In this document: positions 18,903 through 27,259 of the stretch, piece by piece
Layout of the letters: each line of letters begins with the position of its first letter
Numbering within the stretch: position 1 is the first letter of the stretch
DNA from: an uncultured virus (IMG/VR IMGVR_UViG_3300044805_000534)
Taxonomy: Duplodnaviria > Heunggongvirae > Uroviricota > Caudoviricetes
Strand: one strand, 5' to 3'
IMG/VR virus record: IMGVR_UViG_3300044805_000534
Length of the DNA stretch: 37,753 nucleotides
The notes under the pieces: generated by a model
Databases searched by the model: none
What the model was told of the DNA's origin: nothing
What the model saw: only the letters and a program-made list of their open reading frames with translations
Program-made: the position numbers and the translations under genes

Positions 18903-18931
18903 AACCTGCCCCGTAAGGCAGGTTTTTTTTT
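18903..18931 (+). terminator. Intrinsic terminator
   Basis: AACCTGCC-ccgtaa-GGCAGGTT plus T run. Confidence 0.9.
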
Positions 18932-18984
18932 GAAAAATAAGTAATAAAAAGTTTTTTAGTGTCAACTTAATTGTTTATATTTAC
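18931..18984 (+). promoter_or_regulatory. Repeated early promoter (no upstream box)
   Basis: AAAAGTTTTTTAGTGTCAA...TATATTTAC. Confidence 0.75.
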
Positions 18985-19012
18985 ATATCATTAATAACCT
19001 AAACAATCTATT

Positions 19013-19222
19013 ATGAAAGCATCTATTAAATTTTTATTGGGTTCAGTCTTATTCTTATCAATTGCGTTCTTAACTGCGAGCGGTCATGTCGGAAAGGTTA
19101 TCCCATTTGCAGGAACATTAAATGAAATGGGATTCTTTATGTTAAGCGGAGCAATGGGAATACTATACGCGATTGCTGGATTCTCAAGAGAATCTAGTGA
19201 TACTAAAGGGAGTATAAGATAA
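19013..19222 (+). CDS. Small two-TM membrane protein
   Basis: Hydrophobic helices; follows a promoter. Confidence 0.7.
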   Translation: MKASIKFLLGSVLFLSIAFLTASGHVGKVIPFAGTLNEMGFFMLSGAMGILYAIAGFSRESSDTKGSIR

Positions 19223-19223
19223 T

Positions 19224-19508
19224 ATGAAGACAAAGAAAGACAGGCTATGGTTAGTCGAGATCTGGAATTCAGATATCCTAACCGGTCGCAGCGTGCTAAC
19301 CACACTGAAAGGGGTACACCAATTTACTAAGGTCCAACTGGATGCAAAGACCCTAAATATTGAATACAAAACCCTATGTCGAGAAGCGGCGAGCAGGCCA
19401 GTTCTCCTATGGGATAGGAGCAAGTGGAATACTGAAGAAGAAGCATTATACAATCCCGAAGCCCAGCACTGCCAGGTCTCGATCGTACCCTTAATTAAAA
19501 TGAAGTAA
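19224..19508 (+). CDS. Hypothetical protein
   Basis: Tightly packed ORF. Confidence 0.7.
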   Translation: MKTKKDRLWLVEIWNSDILTGRSVLTTLKGVHQFTKVQLDAKTLNIEYKTLCREAASRPVLLWDRSKWNTEEEALYNPEAQHCQVSIVPLIKMK

Positions 19509-19530
19509 TAATTATTAAACAACAAATATA

Positions 19531-19659
19531 ATGTCTAAATTCAAACTTATAGTAAAAGGTGCTGGAGTTTACAAGTGCGATAGCTTAGGTTCCCTAATAA
19601 TCGAAGTATTAAAGCATAGGTTTTGGCATTTGATACATGATGGTAAATGGATGGATTAA
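19531..19659 (+). CDS. 42-aa protein (not in ORF track)
   Basis: MSKFKLIVKGAGVYKCDSLGSLIIEVLKHRFWHLIHDGKWMD; A-rich leader. Confidence 0.65.
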   Translation: MSKFKLIVKGAGVYKCDSLGSLIIEVLKHRFWHLIHDGKWMD

Positions 19660-19660
19660 A

Positions 19661-19709
19661 AATAATCTATTAAAAATTTTTTACTGTCAAATAAAAGTAT
19701 TATATTTAC
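19661..19709 (+). promoter_or_regulatory. Repeated early promoter
   Basis: TTTTTTACTGTCAAATAAAAGTATTATATTTAC. Confidence 0.8.
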
Positions 19710-19736
19710 AGTATAATCAATAAAAACAAAAAGGAT

Positions 19737-19883
19737 ATGGAAATTAAAACAACAAGAGAGTTAAAAGAAATTTTACAGTTTAACCTAATTACTTACTTAG
19801 ATGGACATGATGACGAAGTACTTGATACCATTTGTAAAATAGTAATTGATGCAGTCAATAATTACGAAGTAAATAAAAAATAA
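19737..19883 (+). CDS. 48-aa protein (not in ORF track)
   Basis: MEIKTTRELKEILQFNLITYLDG...; follows a promoter. Confidence 0.65.
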   Translation: MEIKTTRELKEILQFNLITYLDGHDDEVLDTICKIVIDAVNNYEVNKK

Positions 19884-19888
19884 AGGTT

Positions 19889-20065
19889 ATGGCAAAACTA
19901 ACTAACGTAGAAAAAGAAGCACTAAGGGCTGGATTAGAATTATGGGTCGAAGGAGTCCAAAAGGAGATTCAAGCAATCGAAGATCAAGGCAAGACCCCGC
20001 TATTTGCGAAAGCCTGGCCAGAAATGATTAAGAAAGAATTATTAACTAAACTTAAAGTTCAATAA
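19889..20065 (+). CDS. 58-aa protein (not in ORF track)
   Basis: MAKLTNVEKEALRAGLELW...; fills the gap between neighbours. Confidence 0.7.
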   Translation: MAKLTNVEKEALRAGLELWVEGVQKEIQAIEDQGKTPLFAKAWPEMIKKELLTKLKVQ

Positions 20066-20066
20066 T

Positions 20067-20306
20067 ATGACAAATAATAAACAACAATCGGCAGTGAAAA
20101 AGGTAAAAACAGGTATCATAAGATTCCTAAGCGGAATAGAGATGTTAATTCGTAGGAACATGATAACTGAGCCGGTTGGCGAAACCTTAGATCTTAGCTA
20201 TGGTAATGGTCCTCGTGTTATGCGAACGGTTGAACCAAAGGAGCAGGCGGATTTTAATAGTTGGGCTAACCATGTCCATAGAGAAATCCTATCTAAATAT
20301 AAGTAA
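20067..20306 (+). CDS. Hypothetical protein
   Basis: Tightly packed ORF. Confidence 0.7.
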   Translation: MTNNKQQSAVKKVKTGIIRFLSGIEMLIRRNMITEPVGETLDLSYGNGPRVMRTVEPKEQADFNSWANHVHREILSKYK

Positions 20307-20319
20307 TACTATATTTAAC

Positions 20320-20392
20320 ATGACACATTGTCCTATTGACCTTGAGTTGGTAGGACACTTTGTCATAAAATAGTATTTGGCACCAAATTTGA
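20320..20392 (+). promoter_or_regulatory. Sigma54-like promoter with two upstream GACA-N3-TGTC palindromes
   Basis: TGGCAC-CAAAT-TTGA (20378-20392); palindromes at 20322 and 20354. Confidence 0.55.
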
Positions 20393-20422
20393 TCTATTAA
20401 TATTAAAATAATTATATGTAAC

Positions 20423-20812
20423 ATGTTATTACGTACTTTTTTCTCGGGAGAACCGAGCCTAACTCAAGAAATCCTAAAAGGATTACGCGACCCAATGTGG
20501 TCTACACTAATGTCAACTACACATCAGTCAGACAACTATGATGTCAAAATTACAGACGAACTTGCACAGTATCGAATGATTATTGCTGGCCGTACTGAAG
20601 AAGAAATTGATATCGATATTGTTAATGATTATCTAGTTGTTAAGGCTAAGAAAGCCAGTTGGATTCCTGCGCAGGAATTCCAGTTTGGTCTGCCTAGCCG
20701 TAGAGAATCTATTACAGCCAAGCTTATCGACGGAATCCTAACTGTTGATGTCGCTATTGCCAAAAGAGATTCTAAAGTTGGTAAGATAGTTATTAGTAGA
20801 GAGAAGAAATAA
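20423..20812 (+). CDS. Small heat-shock protein (Hsp20/alpha-crystallin)
   Basis: AG...EEIDIDI....L.V.A, F.LP, I.AKL.DGILTV motifs. Confidence 0.85.
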   Translation: MLLRTFFSGEPSLTQEILKGLRDPMWSTLMSTTHQSDNYDVKITDELAQYRMIIAGRTEEEIDIDIVNDYLVVKAKKASWIPAQEFQFGLPSRRESITAKLIDGILTVDVAIAKRDSKVGKIVISREKK

Positions 20813-20842
20813 TAGTTTGATTGATTGGTTAATAATGAGAGA

Positions 20843-20870
20843 GGGTCCTAGTAATAGGGCCTTTTTCTTT
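20843..20870 (+). terminator. Intrinsic terminator
   Basis: GGGTCCTA-gtaa-TAGGGCCT plus T run. Confidence 0.8.
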
Positions 20871-20886
20871 TAGGAAAGATTCCCTA

Positions 20887-20926
20887 AAATAAATTTTTTA
20901 CTTTCAAGTATTTTAGTTATATTTAC
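20887..20926 (+). promoter_or_regulatory. Repeated early promoter
   Basis: TTTTTTACTTTCAA...TATATTTAC. Confidence 0.7.
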
Positions 20927-20954
20927 ATATCAATTAATAATTAAACCTTTTACT

Positions 20955-21143
20955 ATGAAACAATTTATCGGAACCCTTTTATTCTTTAGCTGGTTATTAG
21001 TCTTTATTCTTATGTGCGCAACTGATGGTCCAATGGAAATTCCAGCCAAACCCTCGTCGCCAATCCTAGTTGCTATTTGTTTTTATGTTATAATCTTTGG
21101 CACCCCATTCCTTTCGATTTATTTAATGAAAGAAAAAAAGTGA
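20955..21143 (+). CDS. Small two-TM membrane protein
   Basis: Hydrophobic helices. Confidence 0.7.
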   Translation: MKQFIGTLLFFSWLLVFILMCATDGPMEIPAKPSSPILVAICFYVIIFGTPFLSIYLMKEKK

Positions 21144-21146
21144 TAC

Positions 21147-21183
21147 AAAGTTTTTTAGTGTCAACTTAATTGGTTATATTTAC
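21147..21183 (+). promoter_or_regulatory. Repeated early promoter
   Basis: AAAGTTTTTTAGTGTCAACTTAATTGGTTATATTTAC. Confidence 0.75.
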
Positions 21184-21205
21184 TTATAACTTAAAACCTA
21201 ATAAC

Positions 21206-21385
21206 ATGAAAAAGAAGCAAATTATTGAAAAGGCAGAGGCTTTCCTAAAGCTTTATGGATTTACCCAACAGGATTACATAGTTTCCCTACAGGGGCCAAC
21301 GATAATTCTCTCAATTAGTGGCACTGAAAAAATGCATGGAAACCTAAAAAACGAATTATTAAACGTAGGGATGCAGATCCTGTAA
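21206..21385 (+). CDS. Hypothetical protein (start revised)
   Basis: ATG at 21206 lies downstream of the promoter; the track's TTG start lies inside it. Confidence 0.65.
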   Translation: MKKKQIIEKAEAFLKLYGFTQQDYIVSLQGPTIILSISGTEKMHGNLKNELLNVGMQIL

Positions 21386-21387
21386 AT

Positions 21388-21455
21388 TGTTAATAACTTT
21401 TAGGAAAATAAGTGCCTAAAAGTTTTTTACTGTCAAATAAAAGTATTATATTTAC
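21388..21455 (+). promoter_or_regulatory. Repeated early promoter, full form (distance 59)
   Basis: TGTTAATAACTTT...AAAATAA...ACTGTCAAATAAAAGTATTATATTTAC. Confidence 0.85.
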
Positions 21456-21481
21456 TTATAACCAATTAAACCCTATAGATT

Positions 21482-21688
21482 ATGAAAAGATTATTTTGTA
21501 CATCAGTTACAGACTTTGATGGAAATTTTGAAAGTCCAATTATCTTCCACATCCGTGCCGAAACAACGGACGATGCTGAGAAGTGTACGCGCGAACATTT
21601 AGTAGAGTCCGGCTATGATAAAGAAACAATTGATGAAACCTTTGACATGGTTACATTTGAAGTAACTGAGATATTAGAACAAGACTAA
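21482..21688 (+). CDS. Small acidic protein
   Basis: One gene per promoter cassette. Confidence 0.75.
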   Translation: MKRLFCTSVTDFDGNFESPIIFHIRAETTDDAEKCTREHLVESGYDKETIDETFDMVTFEVTEILEQD

Positions 21689-21689
21689 T

Positions 21690-21745
21690 TATTAATAACT
21701 TTTGAAAAAAGATTTTTTACTGTCAATAATTTTAGTTATATTTAC
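21690..21745 (+). promoter_or_regulatory. Repeated early promoter (distance 47)
   Basis: TATTAATAAC...ACTGTCAA...TATATTTAC. Confidence 0.75.
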
Positions 21746-21763
21746 TTTATAAAATAAACAAAC

Positions 21764-22156
21764 ATGAAAATACTCTTAGAAAAAAATGAAGCGGAAGAAA
21801 TATTCTTTAACGCAATGTGTAACGGCTTAGGCTACGTAACTAGCGGTTATGATTTAGAACTGGATTTCGACGACAAGGAATACCAAACCGCAGCTGCAAA
21901 ACTAAAAGCAGGCGGTGCTAGCCCTTGTTTTGAAGATGTCTTAATGCAGATCTTACGTGATGGTAACAAGATTACCCTAGTAGATATTGGCTGTGAAGGC
22001 GAATACACTAGATCTGTAACCCTAGCGGATGTACATGAACGCGTGGCCTTGACCCCAGCCAGCCATCTCCTAGATATGATAAACGAAAACGACGATGCAT
22101 GCACTGCGGATGTTGTACTACAAAGCGTGTTCTTTGAAGATATAATCTTTGGCTAG
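21764..22156 (+). CDS. Acidic hypothetical protein
   Basis: C-terminal DACTADVVLQ..FFEDIIFG pattern. Confidence 0.8.
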   Translation: MKILLEKNEAEEIFFNAMCNGLGYVTSGYDLELDFDDKEYQTAAAKLKAGGASPCFEDVLMQILRDGNKITLVDIGCEGEYTRSVTLADVHERVALTPASHLLDMINENDDACTADVVLQSVFFEDIIFG

Positions 22157-22187
22157 ACCCCGGCTAGGGCCACTCCCTAGTAGACAA

Positions 22188-22244
22188 TGTTAATAACTTT
22201 ATTAAAAAACATTGTACTATGTCAAATAAAAGTATTATATTTAA
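22188..22244 (+). promoter_or_regulatory. Repeated early promoter (distance 48)
   Basis: TGTTAATAAC...TGTCAAATAAAAGTATTATATTTAA. Confidence 0.8.
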
Positions 22245-22275
22245 ATTATAAATCAATCAATCTAAAAAAATAACT

Positions 22276-22992
22276 ATGGCAAAATTTGAAGCATCAACCA
22301 ACTTACCAGCATACTTTAAAAGTATTGACAAACTGGCGAAGCCTTTAAGCAAGGCTGCGGAAAAAGAATTAGCTATCCGGATTCAGGCCGGCGACGAGGC
22401 TGCAATGCACTCCCTAGTAAATGCTAACCTTAAGTTCGCTGTCAGCTTAGCGAATAAGTTTATTGGACTAGGCTTGCCTGTCGACGATCTTATTATGGAA
22501 GCTAACTGCGGTCTTATCGAAGCTGCAAAGCGTTTTACTCCAGAAAAAGATGTTAAGTTTATTACCTATGCACAGTTCTGGATTCGTAAGAAGTTAAATA
22601 CTGCACTAGGCGAGTATGGTCGTACTGTACGATTACCTATGAATCAGGAATACGATATCTACAAGCGCAAAATGGCTGGCGAAGATATCAACTTAACTAA
22701 TATTAGATTAGACAAGCCAATCGGCGAAGATGGTTCTAATACCTTAGGCGATCTTATTCTTCGTGCAGAATTCGTGGATCCATTTGAAGAACAAAGCGTT
22801 GAGCAACAAGTTGCCGCAGTGTTAAGCAAATTAAATGACCATGATCGCAAGGTAATCGAGACTTTCTATGGAATCGACAGAGGCGAAGCTCGCTCTGCTA
22901 AAGAAACTGCTGATGAATTAGGAATGGAAGTTTCTAAAGTAAATCAAACTCTTCGATTAGCTCGTCACAAATTACGTAAAACTTTTAACTAA
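22276..22992 (+). CDS. Sigma70-family RNA polymerase sigma factor (RpoD/RpoS-like)
   Basis: Region 1.2, ANLKFAVSLA, DLIMEANCGLIEAAKRF, KFITYAQFWIR, RTVRLP, region 4 HTH. Confidence 0.92.
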   Translation: MAKFEASTNLPAYFKSIDKLAKPLSKAAEKELAIRIQAGDEAAMHSLVNANLKFAVSLANKFIGLGLPVDDLIMEANCGLIEAAKRFTPEKDVKFITYAQFWIRKKLNTALGEYGRTVRLPMNQEYDIYKRKMAGEDINLTNIRLDKPIGEDGSNTLGDLILRAEFVDPFEEQSVEQQVAAVLSKLNDHDRKVIETFYGIDRGEARSAKETADELGMEVSKVNQTLRLARHKLRKTFN

Positions 22993-23008
22993 TTAAATCC
23001 TAAAGAAA

Positions 23009-23410
23009 ATGTCAGATCAAATTAAACAATGGATAGCTAAAGGCTATGCGCTAGAAGTAACAGAAGTAATTATAGAGAATGATAAGGCAGGGGATCTAGA
23101 TCAAGAAACTCTTTTACTTGATATAACTAATGCTGCACTGGAAAATATGAAGGATGATATAGTTCCTTTTGTAAATCCTAACTTGACTGAAGAGCAGGTC
23201 AGTGCAGTGATAGACTCTGCAGCGAAAGCCCAAATAAGAAATACTATTTCTGAAATGGTAGACGCTGGATTAATTGATGCAGCGCTTAGCGAATCAGGCG
23301 AGGTAATGTACAAGCAGTCTGCAAAAGGCGCAGCCTACGAAGACATGCTTCAAGATGGATTCATAAAGCCAGAAGACTTTACTAAACAATTAAAAGGAGG
23401 AAAACTATGA
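23009..23410 (+). CDS. Acidic hypothetical protein
   Basis: Operon member after the sigma gene. Confidence 0.75.
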   Translation: MSDQIKQWIAKGYALEVTEVIIENDKAGDLDQETLLLDITNAALENMKDDIVPFVNPNLTEEQVSAVIDSAAKAQIRNTISEMVDAGLIDAALSESGEVMYKQSAKGAAYEDMLQDGFIKPEDFTKQLKGGKL

Positions 23411-23718
23411 TAAGTTATGTCGAAGAACAGGGTAGTATTGCAAGCGTGGTGCACGACAACGGGACCCGAACCCAGTTTGTATTAGGTAACTATGAACTTA
23501 TAGGTTGGGATTCAGAAGAGGTCTGCTGCATGTCTCAAACAGGCGAGGTTAATTTCTTTACTGCAACCGGCGAGAATAGAGGTATGTATAGATTAGGATT
23601 ACCCAATCAAGAACCTCTCTCTTTTAATAATGGTATATTACTTTACGAAGACCTTGGCCTAAGAGAAAAGTTTGCATATAATCGTCGCACAGGCGAAACC
23701 CGGCAGTCGAATCGATAG
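23407..23718 (+). CDS. Beta-rich hypothetical protein
   Basis: ATGA overlap. Confidence 0.75.
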   Translation: MISYVEEQGSIASVVHDNGTRTQFVLGNYELIGWDSEEVCCMSQTGEVNFFTATGENRGMYRLGLPNQEPLSFNNGILLYEDLGLREKFAYNRRTGETRQSNR

Positions 23719-23755
23719 TACAATAATAGATAATACTATAATATAACCAGGAATC

Positions 23756-23920
23756 ATGTCAGTAGGAACCTATTACTATTACTCAAAACTAGATAAATCA
23801 ACCGAGGCTGTTGATAAAGTTTTTACAACTGGCAGATTGGCCGCCGCTAAACACTTCGCAAACCGTAAGAATCTGCCGCTAAAGGCATTCTTACAAATAT
23901 GGGCAGTAAGCAAAAAATAA
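23756..23920 (+). CDS. 54-aa basic protein (not in ORF track)
   Basis: MSVGTYYYYSKLDK...FANRKNLPLKAFLQIWAVSKK. Confidence 0.7.
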   Translation: MSVGTYYYYSKLDKSTEAVDKVFTTGRLAAAKHFANRKNLPLKAFLQIWAVSKK

Positions 23921-23929
23921 TCTCGATGT

Positions 23930-24073
23930 ATGGATCCAAAAGAAAAAGAAGGGGCAGACTCAGCTGCGCAACAAGAGCTAGACCAATGGTTAAAGGATCT
24001 TGATAAAGAACTTGATAATCTTGAAGAAGAACAAAAAGAGAGATGGGGACCAGATGGAAAACCTGAAGAATAA
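23930..24073 (+). CDS. 47-aa acidic protein (not in ORF track)
   Basis: MDPKEKEGADSAAQQELDQWLKDLD... Confidence 0.6.
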   Translation: MDPKEKEGADSAAQQELDQWLKDLDKELDNLEEEQKERWGPDGKPEE

Positions 24074-24075
24074 AA

Positions 24076-24143
24076 TGTTAATAACTTTTTTAAAAATAAA
24101 TGAACCTGGATTTTTTTAATTCAGGTTTTTTTATTATATTTAC
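24076..24143 (+). promoter_or_regulatory. Early promoter with embedded terminator hairpin (distance 59)
   Basis: Box, AACCTGGATT-T5-AATTCAGGTT-Tn, TATATTTAC; near-identical to 29711-29778. Confidence 0.8.
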
Positions 24144-24169
24144 ATATAACAAACTAACAAAGATATAAT

Positions 24170-24451
24170 ATGAACTACTCACAAATCCTTTCTCAAATCA
24201 ACACCCTTTCTACTGCTGACCTTTCAAAGTTAAATGCAGATCTTATCGACATTATTAAATTACGTCGCAGACAAGAAGCGCGTATGGTAAAACGTTCTTT
24301 AATAATTGGGATGTCGGTTAGAGTTAACCATCCTAAAGCTGCGGGTAAAACGTTCGAAGTTGTTAAAATCAACCGCACCAAAATACATTTAAAAGAAGCT
24401 GGTAAATTAGGCATTATAATCGCTCCACTTAGTTTGACTGAGGCAATTTAA
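24170..24451 (+). CDS. Basic protein with SH3/KOW-like C-terminus
   Basis: IGMSVRV....G..EVVKINRT pattern. Confidence 0.75.
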   Translation: MNYSQILSQINTLSTADLSKLNADLIDIIKLRRRQEARMVKRSLIIGMSVRVNHPKAAGKTFEVVKINRTKIHLKEAGKLGIIIAPLSLTEAI

Positions 24452-24467
24452 TAATAAACAAATCAAT

Positions 24468-24779
24468 ATGAAAATGACAAGAGAAGAACAGATTAACATC
24501 GTAAGGGCAGAGGTAGAAATATACCTTGATAATAATGCTCAATGGACAGAACTCGTCGACCTATCGGAAAGTGAAAGAGTTCATATTATTGATATAGGAA
24601 CCTCGATTCTCTGCACTAAGTGGAAGGTAGGATATGAAGGTGGAAGCTTTGTACAGAGCTTTGTTGCTAACGATCTTATGGGTGCGATTGGTCGCGCAGA
24701 TTATACAACATACAAAGGATTAAAATTCTTTGCAAACTTAGTCTATAATGTAGGAATACCAACTAAACTATTAAAATAA
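24468..24779 (+). CDS. Hypothetical protein
   Basis: GGSFVQSFVANDLMGAIGRAD pattern. Confidence 0.75.
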   Translation: MKMTREEQINIVRAEVEIYLDNNAQWTELVDLSESERVHIIDIGTSILCTKWKVGYEGGSFVQSFVANDLMGAIGRADYTTYKGLKFFANLVYNVGIPTKLLK

Positions 24780-24785
24780 AAAGAT

Positions 24786-25025
24786 ATGAAGATACACGAA
24801 AAGGCGAGAGCCTATGACGAATTAATGAAGGATATAGATTCCTTTATTACTCAATTAGAGGAACACTCTAACTCCATTAAAGAAATCGATAAGGACGAAA
24901 CTGGTAAAGACGGGATGGGATATTATCCTATGAAAGTAGGTCGTCTCGTTGGAAGCAACTTTGGTCTAGAGCTAAAGATTCAAAAAATGGTGGGTATATT
25001 AGAATGGTATAAGAAATTAAAGTAA
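24786..25025 (+). CDS. Hypothetical protein
   Basis: Tightly packed ORF. Confidence 0.7.
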   Translation: MKIHEKARAYDELMKDIDSFITQLEEHSNSIKEIDKDETGKDGMGYYPMKVGRLVGSNFGLELKIQKMVGILEWYKKLK

Positions 25026-25046
25026 TCAATTAAATCAAATATAACT

Positions 25047-25349
25047 ATGGCAAAACTAAGCTTTAACCCTGGATCAGGAACCTCGTTCCACGACACTGTA
25101 ATTACATGTTCTTATAACCAATTAGCCCAAGCAATTGGTGAGCCCCAGCATAGCGATAATACTGGCGAGGATAAAGTAAACTTCGACTGGAGGTGCGAGT
25201 TGGAAGACGGACAGATATTTACAATTTATGATTGGAAAGAGTATAGACCAATTGGGAAAGACGAAATGATTGAATGGCATATTGGTGGTTACAACCATAT
25301 TGTTACAGAGCAAGCTCTCATTGAGTTGACAGCACTCTTAGCACAGTAA
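25047..25349 (+). CDS. Phage hypothetical protein
   Basis: GEP...DKV..DW....FTIYDWK...EWHIGG pattern. Confidence 0.8.
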   Translation: MAKLSFNPGSGTSFHDTVITCSYNQLAQAIGEPQHSDNTGEDKVNFDWRCELEDGQIFTIYDWKEYRPIGKDEMIEWHIGGYNHIVTEQALIELTALLAQ

Positions 25350-25473
25350 TATAGTTTCTATTATATCAAGAAATATAATCCAACAGGAGTGTCCCAGCGA
25401 CCTCCTGTTCTGGGTTAGTATTAAAACCTTTTGGCTTATTCTAATAAAAGATATCAAAATAATACTTATATTC

Positions 25474-25833
25474 ATGTTTAAAGCGATCGCAAACTGGTTT
25501 AAAGGATTGTTAGGTAAAGCAGAACAAGAAGTAGTTAAGGACAAGCAAGTAGTAGATTCATTCGAGAAATGGTCAACTGTTGTTAATGAGATTCCTAAAG
25601 CAAAAGTTGAAGAGGTTAAAAAACCTTATCCAATCGTAGCCGAAGAAACTGTAAAGCCTGCCCCTACTAAAGCTGAGAAGAACTCTCGTAAGAAAGATTC
25701 AACGAAGCCTGCTAAAGAGACAACTAAGACAACTGCAAAGACGTCTAAGCCCTCTACAAAACCTGCGCAGAAGGCTGGCAAGCCAGCTGCAAAGACTACA
25801 CCTAAGTCCAATACAACTAACACAACTAAGTAA
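25474..25833 (+). CDS. Lys/Thr/Pro-rich protein with histone-H1-like tail
   Basis: Low-complexity basic C-terminus after an amphipathic N-helix. Confidence 0.75.
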   Translation: MFKAIANWFKGLLGKAEQEVVKDKQVVDSFEKWSTVVNEIPKAKVEEVKKPYPIVAEETVKPAPTKAEKNSRKKDSTKPAKETTKTTAKTSKPSTKPAQKAGKPAAKTTPKSNTTNTTK

Positions 25834-26060
25834 TGGTAAAGACACTAGTACTACACAGAGAAGACACAAAGGTAATATATTGCCTAGGTGGTGGCGAAGA
25901 AATCCAATTGAATAATGCGGTAATCCGTATTACATTTCCGGAAACTACTCGTCAAATTAAGACCATTTCGTTTGGCACTCAAGAAGAAGCAGACTCTGCT
26001 TTTAAGGAGATTCAAGACTGGCTTGCTAGCACGCTAGCCCAGTTGGTTATGGAACTATAA
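25833..26060 (+). CDS. Hypothetical protein
   Basis: TAATG-coupled. Confidence 0.7.
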   Translation: MVKTLVLHREDTKVIYCLGGGEEIQLNNAVIRITFPETTRQIKTISFGTQEEADSAFKEIQDWLASTLAQLVMEL

Positions 26061-26064
26061 GAAT

Positions 26065-26132
26065 TGTTAATAACTTTTCTTAAAATAAGTCCTCAAAGAT
26101 TTTTTTCTTTGAGGATTTTTTATTATATTAGC
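26065..26132 (+). promoter_or_regulatory. Early promoter with embedded terminator hairpin (distance 59)
   Basis: Box, TCCTCAAAGA-T6-TCTTTGAGGA-Tn, TATATTAGC. Confidence 0.8.
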
Positions 26133-26158
26133 TCTATAACCAATTAACTAAAGAAGAT

Positions 26159-26314
26159 ATGTGGACACTAGATTGCAGCTACTACAAGAAAGAATTCTCA
26201 ACTCTACAAGAACTTATCGATGATGTCATGTCCAGCGGCATGGATCCAAATTACGAGATCCTGCGAGATGGCAAGCCTACGGGCGAAGAGCTATGGGATT
26301 TTATAGTCCCATAA
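26159..26314 (+). CDS. 51-aa protein (not in ORF track)
   Basis: MWTLDCSYYKKEFSTLQELIDDVMSSGMDPNYEI...; sits between two promoters. Confidence 0.75.
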   Translation: MWTLDCSYYKKEFSTLQELIDDVMSSGMDPNYEILRDGKPTGEELWDFIVP

Positions 26315-26372
26315 TTTTTTGAAAATACGTGCTCAAATATTTTTTACTGTCAATTATTTTTATTATATTAGC
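26315..26372 (+). promoter_or_regulatory. Repeated early promoter
   Basis: TTTTTTACTGTCAA...TATATTAGC. Confidence 0.75.
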
Positions 26373-26402
26373 TTTATATTAATCAACTAAACCCTTAAAT
26401 GT

Positions 26403-26621
26403 ATGTATGTAATTATTAATCTTAATCACGATGGTGATTCCTATTTCTTAACTGAAAACCTAGACAAAGCCCAAGCGGAGTTTAATGAGTGTTGCAAAGA
26501 AGACGAATATAACTTCAAAGTAATCCTATGTCGTCCAACTCTTGAAGGAACATTTGGATTTGGAAGTCGTGGCGAACTTTATGGTGCGGAGATCATTGAA
26601 GAATGGGAGAGAGAAGATTAG
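26403..26621 (+). CDS. Small acidic protein
   Basis: Cassette gene. Confidence 0.75.
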   Translation: MYVIINLNHDGDSYFLTENLDKAQAEFNECCKEDEYNFKVILCRPTLEGTFGFGSRGELYGAEIIEEWERED

Positions 26622-26633
26622 TCTCTCCCAAAT

Positions 26634-26700
26634 TGTTAATAACTTTATGAAAATAATTAATAAAAAGTTTTTTACTGTCAAATAAAAGTATTATATTTAC
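26634..26700 (+). promoter_or_regulatory. Repeated early promoter, full form (distance 58)
   Basis: Matches the repeat consensus. Confidence 0.85.
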
Positions 26701-26725
26701 TCTATAACCAATTAAAAAATAACAT

Positions 26726-27142
26726 ATGTCAAATCAAATCGTGTTCGCCCGTTTCGGAATGGGACCAGACCCAAGAGTTTCAGAAGTATTAATGTCTGAA
26801 ATTATTTTAAACAAAACTGACGCAAAAATTCTTCCACTTCCTGGAATTATTATCTCAGTTTTTAAAAGTGAGTTGACACCAACTCAAATTCGGGATCGTT
26901 TTAAAAACGATAGTGAGTTAAATGAAGTTCCATTTATGGTTACGACCTTAGAAGATTTCGATATTAATCTTCCAGAAAAAATTCGTAAATCAGTTTTTGG
27001 TTTAGGTGAAACCTCATCACCAACAAGTTCCACATCACACTTAACAATGGATGACTTATTGGAATTGATTTCAGTTAAAGGTTTAAGTGGACTAACCGTC
27101 GACGAAAAATCCAGACTCGATGTATTACGAAGTGAGTTTTAG
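26726..27142 (+). CDS. Protein with C-terminal DUF6576-like helical domain
   Basis: MDDLLELISVKGLSGLTVDEKSRL. Confidence 0.7.
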   Translation: MSNQIVFARFGMGPDPRVSEVLMSEIILNKTDAKILPLPGIIISVFKSELTPTQIRDRFKNDSELNEVPFMVTTLEDFDINLPEKIRKSVFGLGETSSPTSSTSHLTMDDLLELISVKGLSGLTVDEKSRLDVLRSEF

Positions 27143-27165
27143 TTTAGTAGTTAATTGATAGAATT

Positions 27166-27192
27166 GGGAGAGCGAAAGTTCTCCCTTTTTTT
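27166..27192 (+). terminator. Intrinsic terminator
   Basis: GGGAGAGC-gaaa-GTTCTCCC plus T run. Confidence 0.9.
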
Positions 27193-27259
27193 GTTAATAA
27201 CTTTTTGAAAAATAATTGACCCCAGATTTTTTAGTTTGGGGTTTTTTGTTTATATTTAC
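27192..27259 (+). promoter_or_regulatory. Early promoter with embedded hairpin, no ORF downstream (distance 59)
   Basis: Box, ACCCCAGA...TTTGGGGT-Tn, TATATTTAC. Confidence 0.75.

Noticed and set aside
25381..25420. HDV-like (theta) ribozyme, suggested by GTCCCAGC and ACCTCCT
   Set aside because: Could not build P1/P2/P3 with the required partners; no adjacent tRNA.
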